Program-made: the position numbers and the translations under genes
Notes under the pieces: model-generated
The model's database searches: none
The model's input: the letters and a program-made list of their open reading frames with translations, nothing else
Told to the model about the DNA's origin: nothing
Assembly (NCBI GenBank): GCA_026387835.1
Contig: JAPLKZ010000011.1
Span: 108,062-140,061 of the forward strand
Origin: Candidatus Saganbacteria bacterium
GTDB lineage: Bacteria > Margulisbacteria > WOR-1 > JAKLHX01
Length of the DNA stretch: 32,000 bases
Direction: 5' to 3'
Part shown: piece by piece, positions 26,044 through 32,000 of the stretch
Numbering within the stretch: position 1 is the first letter of the stretch
Layout: the number at the start of each line of letters is the position of its first letter

Positions 26044-29000
26044 TTGAAAAACGATCCGCAGAATAAAGATCACGAGAATTATCAAATTCCGAGAGCTCTA
26101 GAATATTTATTCAATATAAATAGATATATCAGTGGATTTTCTTTCTCAAAAGCGGTTTTCTTCACTATCATCTTATTAAATATATTAATAAACAGCCTGT
26201 ATGCTTCACAAAATATATCAAAGACTGTTGATTATATCCTAACAAACTTCAAGAAAACGGAAATAGCGGCTAGGTTATCACATGTGAAGGAAGATTCCTT
26301 TGTAAAAAAAGGTAAAGTATTCACATACAACACAAAACATGGATATCTCGGTTCGTCACAAAGTGAAAACACGTTAAAGCCGGCGGAAAAGCAGGCGCTT
26401 GAAGCGCTGGCAAAAAGGGACGGGGCGGGAACAGACGCAGGAACAGAATACACCGTCAACAAAAGATATTTAGGCGGTTATACCATACAAAAAGACGGTA
26501 AGAGTATCTCGATAAAACCCGCCAACTTAATAAACAATCCAAACACTGTGCTTGAAGGCGGCAATCTCGTTTATAAAAACGTTCAAAGACAGACGGACGT
26601 GATCTATGTGCCGGGTCCTGAAGGATTTGAAGAAGTCTATCTGATAAAGAAGGACAGCGGGCAAAGGATCATAAGGGAGATCAAATCCTCAACAGGAAAA
26701 GCTGCTGTTGGTGAAAAAGGACAGATATCAATTTGCGGGATGACATTGACAAGTCCGGTGATATTTGACGCTAAAGGAAAAAGGGTCGAAGGAAGATTTG
26801 AGAAAGTAAAAGGGCAAGATAACAGGTTCGAGATATCGTTTAACAAAACAGGTCTTGAATACCCGATACTGATAGACCCGACATGGAGAAGCGCGAATAG
26901 TTTAAGTACAGCAAGATATTATCATAGTGCAACGCTTCTTCCCAACGGCAAAGTGCTTGTGGCGGGAGGAACCGGCGCAGGAGCTTCCTGTGAAATATTT
27001 GATCCGGCAACAGGAGCATGGACAAGTACAGGAAATTTAACTTTTTCAAGAGGGGATCACACAGCAACGCTTCTTCCCAACGGTAAAGTTCTTGCGGCAG
27101 GGGGATGGGGATATGGTGTCGGGCATGTACTATCTTTCTGCGAGGTATATGATCCGGCGACAGGGGCCTGGGCAAGCACCGGAGGTCTAAACACGGCAAG
27201 ATATGTCCATACGACCACGCTTCTTCCCAACGGTAAAGTACTTGTGACGGGAGGGTCAACAGGAAGCTCAATGATAAGCTCCTGTGAGCTGTATGATCCG
27301 ACAACAGAGAGCTGGTCGATCACGGGGAATTTAGGGACAGCGAGAGATGAGCACACTGCAACGCTTCTTTCAAACGGGAAGGTGCTTGTGGCGGGCGGAA
27401 ATAACGGAGGTACATTATTTTCCTGTGAAGTATATGATCCTGCGGCAGGGACCTGGTCAGGCACAGGAAGTCTGATAACTGCAAGATTTCGCTTCTCAGC
27501 TACATTCCTGCCGAATGGTAAAGTGCTTGCGGCCGGCGGGCTAACAGATTCTGTATACCTAACTTCATGTGAGGTATATGATCAATCGACAGGGACATGG
27601 TCAAGTACAGGGACTTTAAGCGTGGCAAGGTCCGGACACTCAGCAACGCTTCTTCCAGACGGTAAAGTTCTAGTAACTGGCGGACAAACAACAGGAGCAG
27701 GCAGGTTATCCTCGTGTGAATTGTTTGATCCGGCGTTAGGTACATGGTCAAGTGCAGGAAGTTTAAGTGCGGCAAGAACCGACCACACTGCAACTCTTTT
27801 GCCTAACGGGAAAGTATTTATCGTGGCGGGATTAGATGTCGGTATTTTAAATTCCTGTGAATTCTATGACCCGGCACTCGGGACCTGGGCAGGCACGGGA
27901 AACTTGGCCAGTGGAAGGGAAATCCACGCGGCAACGCTCCTGCCCAACGGGCAAGTACTTGTGATGGGGGGATATAGCGGAAGTTATAAGTCCTCCTGTG
28001 AATTATATACCCCGACACTCGAGACTTGGGCAGGTACGGGAGGTATGGCTAATACAAGAGGTTATTTCACGGCAACACTTCTGGCCAACGGAAAAGTCCT
28101 TGTGGCGGGCGGGTTGAATACAGTTGCCGGTTTTTTAAATTCCTGTGAATTATATGACCCGTCAAAAGGGACCTGGGCAGGCACGGGAAATTTAGGCACG
28201 GCAAGATATAATCACACAGCAACGCTGCTGGCCAACGGAAAAGTCCTTGTGGCGGGCGGGATAAATACTAATAAGCTTACTTCCTGTGAAGTATATGACC
28301 CGTCAACAGGTTTGTGGACAAGCACGGGGAGTTTAGGCACGGCAAGATATAATCACACGGCAACACTGCTTCCCAGCGGAAAAGTCCTTGTGGCTGGAGG
28401 TGTAACAACGCTTACCTCCTGTGAAGTATATGATCCGACAGCAGGTACGTGGGCAGGCACAGGGGTTTTAGGAACTGGAAGACAGAGTCACACGGCAACA
28501 CTACTTACCAACGGAAAAGTCCTTGTGGCGGGGGGAGATAACGGGGCCATCCCTTCTTATATCTCCTGTGAATTATATGACCCGACGGCAGGGACCTGGG
28601 CAGGCACGGGGCCTTTAAGCACGGGAAGAGTTAATCACACGGCAACGCTTCTACCCGACGGAAAAGTCCTTGTAGCGGGGGGATATGATGGCGGTTCATT
28701 TTTTACTTCCTGTGAAGTGTATGATCCGTCAACAGCTACATGGACGAGCGCAGGAAGTTTAGGCACGGCAAGATATAATCACACGGCAACACTACTTACC
28801 AACGGAAAGGTCCTTATGGAAGGCGGGGCAGGTTCAGATTTTTATGCTTCCTGTGAATTAGCAAGATACACGGAATATGATTACACAGCATACTCCAACA
28901 TGCAGCCGGTCATTTCTACAGTTGGAGGTTCGTCCGCGTTTCCGGTAAGAGTTGCACCTAATGCGGCTTACACTATAACCGGTACGGGGTTCAAAGGGAT

Positions 29001-32000
29001 CTCGGAATCCTCCGGAGGATCGTATCTGACTTCACCGACGAATTATCCGAGATTGTACTTGCAGTTTGCCGATTCAGGAGGGAATTCTTTTCAAGGACCT
29101 TCCGGGAATCTTCTTGACAAAACAGAAACAGTGTATCCGATGATATCCTCGAAATGGCAGAACGCGGATACTTCAATATCGTTCACAACGCCCAGCGATC
29201 TGCCGGAGGGATATTATCTTTTGACCGTAAATGCAAACGCAGTCCCGTCGGATTCAAAACTCGTATATTATTCAACGAGTTCCGGGTCGAACACAAAGAC
29301 AGTCACCACGGAAGTGATAGGTTCAAACGGTACGATAGATGCGTACGGAACGGTTGAAGTGGCAAGCGGGTCTGTCAATACATTCACTGTCACGGCGAAC
29401 ACCGGGTATTACATAAGGGACGTGAAAATAGATAACATTTCAACGACTGACGCGCTGAGCACGTCATATGCGTATACATTTGAAGCCGTCACTACCGATC
29501 ACACGATACAGGCGTCATTTGAAGTAAGCGGGATAAGGGTCTGGGACGGAGGAAGTACGACAAGTTGCAGCTGGAACGATCCGCTTAACTGGACCGGTAA
29601 CACGACGCCGGATGCTTCGACCAGCGCGTCATTTGACGCGACAAGCACGAAGGTCTGCACGATAGGAGCGGACGCGACAGTGAAAGATATTTATATCACA
29701 GCCGTTTACACCGGCAATATCTCTCAGGAAGCGAACCTGACGATAAACGGGACATACGAACAAACGGGAACTGCCAGGTTTATATGCGTATCTCCCGATA
29801 CGCCGCGCACCTTCACCTGCGAAAGTTTCAGCATACCTGATACTGCAGGCACATTCATGCGGTTCACGGGAGCGGGGACGGACGCAGTCCCGTACATGAT
29901 CTATGACGTGTTTGGGCTGCAGGCCATGAAGCAGTATTTGAATGATTCAAATATCAATTTCAAATTGAACGGAACAATAGAAGCATCGGTGACTTCAAAC
30001 TGGAACAGCGGGCAGGGGTGGATTCCGGTAGGTAATGACCCTAATTATTTCCAAGGCAAGTTCAACGGCAACAACAAGACAATAAACGGACTGTACATAA
30101 ACAGTCCTTCTACTAATAATGTTGGTCTATTCGGAAATTGTTCCGGAGAGGCGGTGATACAGGATGTTGGAATGACCGGCGTGAGCGTGACGGGGCAAGA
30201 ATATACAGGTGCTCTGGCGGGGTATATCACATTATCAACTATAAGCAACAGCTATATAATGGGTAATGTTACAGCAACATCAACAAATAATGGCGGCCTA
30301 GTGGGAATCGCCTTTAGTTCTTCAATAAATAATTGCTATATGACGGGTAGTATGACTGGGGCTGGTATGCGGACAGGCGGTCTGGTGGGAACTAGTTCTA
30401 ATTCCATTATCTCAAACTGCTATGCGACGGGATCTGTGAGCGGATCTACAATTGTAGGCGGTCTGGTTGGATTAGCGATGAGTTCTGCCCAGACCTTAAA
30501 CTGCTATTCGACAGGACAAATAACATGCACAGGTTTGTATGTGGGTGGTCTAGTAGGGGAGAGCATGGCAACAATCAGCAACAGCTATGCAACGCAGAAT
30601 GTGGGAGAAGGTACTTATCATGGGGGACTTACCGGACGAGATTTTGGCACCACAATAGAAAGCAGCTATTATTGCGGTTCTCCAAACAATGGTATTGGCA
30701 CTCAGGTCACTCCCGCACAACTGAAACAAAAGTCCACATTCTCAGGCTGGGACTTCAGGAATACCTGGCTGATAGACGAGAACAAAAACTATCCGTACCA
30801 TACATGGGAAGCCTGGAATACATATCCCGGATCCTGGACAACATTGAACAGCTGGAAGAAAAATCTGATAGTCCAGTCAGATTATCCAAGGACTAACAAC
30901 GACAAAGTATTCATAAGCACCGGAGACGCTTCAGTAACGGTGCCGTCAGTGCCAGCACTCGGAGGCCTGCATCTCGGTACAGGGGCGGGAACGGTGACGC
31001 TCGGTGGTGACCTGACTCTTGACAATGCCGGCACCAGAGAAGGAAGCCTTGCGATATACGGTGGGACATTGACCACCGAAAGCTACACGATAAGTATTGA
31101 CGGCAACTTCACGCACTCAGGCGGGACATTCGTGCAGACATCAGGCACGATCTCGTTTGAATCAACGACGCCGTCATCAATAGAAGGCAACACCACATTC
31201 CATAACTTCAAGTGTGTGATACCAAACAAGCCGCTTACCTTCGAGGCGGGATCAATAACGACAATAGACGCAACAGGAGCTTTCACATTGACAGGCACGA
31301 GCGGGAACAGGATATCTCTAAGGAGCTCGTCATCACCGGCCACGTGGGAGATAGACCCGATAGGCACGAGAAGCGTAAGTTATGTGGACGTGAAGGATTC
31401 GAATAACATAAGCACAGAGGTGATAAACCCGACGAATTCATTGAACAGCGGTAACACCACCAACTGGTTCACTGCTTGCACGATAACTTCCGAGGTCATA
31501 GGAGCGGGCAACGGTACGATAGACCCGTCCGGGGTAGCGGCAGTCGAATACGGGACATCAAAGACATATGTTGTTTCAGCGAACACCGGGTATTACATAA
31601 GGGACGTGAAAATAGATAACATTTCAACGACTGACGCGCTGAGCACGTCATATGCGTATACATTTGAAGCCGTCACTACCGATCACACAATACAGGCATC
31701 GTTTGAAGTAAGCGGGATAAGGGTCTGGGACGGAGGCGGAACGACCCGTAACTGGAGAGACCCGCTGAACTGGACAGGGAACACGACGCCTGAAATCACA
31801 GCAATCGTCACATTCGATGCGACAAACACAAAAGTCTGCACGATAGACGCGGGGACAGGAAGCGTGGAAAGTATCTACATCACGACAGGTTACACCGGCA
31901 ATATCTCGCAGGAAGCTAACCTGACCATATACGGGACATACGAACAAGCTGGGACTGCCAGATTCATCTGCGCAGATCCTTCGAATAAAACTTTTACCTG
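26044..32000 (+). CDS. Giant exported Kelch-repeat/GLUG-repeat modular protein, C-terminus beyond window (>1985 aa)
   Basis: Continuous frame from TTG 26044 (AGGAG at 26033-26037; preceding in-frame stop TAG at 26032) to the window end. I translated it throughout without a stop. Hydrophobic segment AVFFTIILLNILINSLYA near the N-terminus. Confidence 0.92.
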   Translation, partial: MKNDPQNKDHENYQIPRALEYLFNINRYISGFSFSKAVFFTIILLNILINSLYASQNISKTVDYILTNFKKTEIAARLSHVKEDSFVKKGKVFTYNTKHGYLGSSQSENTLKPAEKQALEALAKRDGAGTDAGTEYTVNKRYLGGYTIQKDGKSISIKPANLINNPNTVLEGGNLVYKNVQRQTDVIYVPGPEGFEEVYLIKKDSGQRIIREIKSSTGKAAVGEKGQISICGMTLTSPVIFDAKGKRVEGRFEKVKGQDNRFEISFNKTGLEYPILIDPTWRSANSLSTARYYHSATLLPNGKVLVAGGTGAGASCEIFDPATGAWTSTGNLTFSRGDHTATLLPNGKVLAAGGWGYGVGHVLSFCEVYDPATGAWASTGGLNTARYVHTTTLLPNGKVLVTGGSTGSSMISSCELYDPTTESWSITGNLGTARDEHTATLLSNGKVLVAGGNNGGTLFSCEVYDPAAGTWSGTGSLITARFRFSATFLPNGKVLAAGGLTDSVYLTSCEVYDQSTGTWSSTGTLSVARSGHSATLLPDGKVLVTGGQTTGAGRLSSCELFDPALGTWSSAGSLSAARTDHTATLLPNGKVFIVAGLDVGILNSCEFYDPALGTWAGTGNLASGREIHAATLLPNGQVLVMGGYSGSYKSSCELYTPTLETWAGTGGMANTRGYFTATLLANGKVLVAGGLNTVAGFLNSCELYDPSKGTWAGTGNLGTARYNHTATLLANGKVLVAGGINTNKLTSCEVYDPSTGLWTSTGSLGTARYNHTATLLPSGKVLVAGGVTTLTSCEVYDPTAGTWAGTGVLGTGRQSHTATLLTNGKVLVAGGDNGAIPSYISCELYDPTAGTWAGTGPLSTGRVNHTATLLPDGKVLVAGGYDGGSFFTSCEVYDPSTATWTSAGSLGTARYNHTATLLTNGKVLMEGGAGSDFYASCELARYTEYDYTAYSNMQPVISTVGGSSAFPVRVAPNAAYTITGTGFKGISESSGGSYLTSPTNYPRLYLQFADSGGNSFQGPSGNLLDKTETVYPMISSKWQNADTSISFTTPSDLPEGYYLLTVNANAVPSDSKLVYYSTSSGSNTKTVTTEVIGSNGTIDAYGTVEVASGSVNTFTVTANTGYYIRDVKIDNISTTDALSTSYAYTFEAVTTDHTIQASFEVSGIRVWDGGSTTSCSWNDPLNWTGNTTPDASTSASFDATSTKVCTIGADATVKDIYITAVYTGNISQEANLTINGTYEQTGTARFICVSPDTPRTFTCESFSIPDTAGTFMRFTGAGTDAVPYMIYDVFGLQAMKQYLNDSNINFKLNGTIEASVTSNWNSGQGWIPVGNDPNYFQGKFNGNNKTINGLYINSPSTNNVGLFGNCSGEAVIQDVGMTGVSVTGQEYTGALAGYITLSTISNSYIMGNVTATSTNNGGLVGIAFSSSINNCYMTGSMTGAGMRTGGLVGTSSNSIISNCYATGSVSGSTIVGGLVGLAMSSAQTLNCYSTGQITCTGLYVGGLVGESMATISNSYATQNVGEGTYHGGLTGRDFGTTIESSYYCGSPNNGIGTQVTPAQLKQKSTFSGWDFRNTWLIDENKNYPYHTWEAWNTYPGSWTTLNSWKKNLIVQSDYPRTNNDKVFISTGDASVTVPSVPALGGLHLGTGAGTVTLGGDLTLDNAGTREGSLAIYGGTLTTESYTISIDGNFTHSGGTFVQTSGTISFESTTPSSIEGNTTFHNFKCVIPNKPLTFEAGSITTIDATGAFTLTGTSGNRISLRSSSSPATWEIDPIGTRSVSYVDVKDSNNISTEVINPTNSLNSGNTTNWFTACTITSEVIGAGNGTIDPSGVAAVEYGTSKTYVVSANTGYYIRDVKIDNISTTDALSTSYAYTFEAVTTDHTIQASFEVSGIRVWDGGGTTRNWRDPLNWTGNTTPEITAIVTFDATNTKVCTIDAGTGSVESIYITTGYTGNISQEANLTIYGTYEQAGTARFICADPSNKTFT
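26899..28860 (+). repeat. Fourteen tandem Kelch-type protein repeats (~45-50 codons each)
   Basis: Consensus (S/N)LgTARyxHTATLLpNGKVLVAGGxxxxxxxSSCEvYDPatGtWxxTG, counted 14 times. Confidence 0.9.
29395..29552 (+). repeat. 158-nt near-identical direct repeat, copy 1
   Basis: GCGAACACCGGGTATTACATAAGGGACGTG ... GTCTGGGACGGAGG; 3 differences from copy 2. Confidence 0.95.
30040..30700 (+). repeat. GLUG-type repeats
   Basis: NNVGLFGNCSGEAVIQDVGMTG..., NNGGLVGIAFSSSINNCYMTGSMTG..., RTGGLVGTSSNSIISNCYATGSVSG..., VGGLVGLAMSSAQTLNCYSTGQI..., VGGLVGESMATISNSYATQNV. Confidence 0.88.
31579..31736 (+). repeat. 158-nt near-identical direct repeat, copy 2
   Basis: Same sequence as 29395-29552 except CACACA for CACACG and GGCATCG for GGCGTCA. 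Confidence 0.95.

Noticed and set aside
26899-28860. Regular ~140-nt periodicity considered as a CRISPR or satellite array
   Set aside because: Units are protein-coding Kelch repeats with codon-level variation. There are no constant short repeats with unique spacers.
26232-31947. Numerous minus-strand ORFs in the track (for example 26840..27304, 27057..27464, 27500..27793) with recurring peptides such as LYRWEEAL
   Set aside because: They are antisense shadows of the Kelch-repeat coding frame. The plus frame is continuous with coherent domain content, and the antisense peptides repeat only because the sense DNA repeats.
1-32000. Looked for defence systems, toxin-antitoxin pairs, transposases, integrases, phage genes and CRISPR arrays
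   Set aside because: No supporting motifs seen in any listed ORF. The methyltransferase at 5619 has no restriction partner and resembles a small-molecule SAM methyltransferase.

Overview
The window is mostly a densely packed set of bacterial housekeeping genes. It appears to come from a diderm, possibly candidate-phylum, genome; that taxonomic guess is inference. On the minus strand there is an rplU-rpmA-proB-proA-nadD-M16 peptidase cluster. On the plus strand are infC-rpmI-rplT-bifunctional nuclease, then a class I methyltransferase, two tandem tRNA-Val genes (minus), a HEAT-repeat protein, an RRM protein (minus), yqeY, rlmN, tRNA-Thr, tuf, vanW-like, hisC-gcvT-gcvH-gcvPA-UPF0280, a small beta-barrel protein, M23 and S41 peptidases, a sugar isomerase, a nucleotidyltransferase, hisD, a PHP phosphoesterase (minus) and an rlmD/trmA-type methyltransferase. 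The last 6 kb are a single open frame (26044 to beyond 32000) that the supplied ORF track misses because it starts with TTG and runs off the window. It encodes a giant exported protein with 14 Kelch-type repeats, then IPT-like, InlB-B-like, 'VWDGG...NWTGN' and GLUG repeat modules. The most interesting observations are this giant protein, including a 158-nt near-identical internal duplication; infC apparently starting at AUA; two divergent promoter pairs with overlapping -35 boxes; several apparently leaderless or near-leaderless genes; an inverted pair of TGACTAAT palindromic elements; and nested palindromes in the rlmD leader. I found no CRISPR array, recognisable defence system, transposase or prophage. 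All calls come from reading the sequence; no database search was run.
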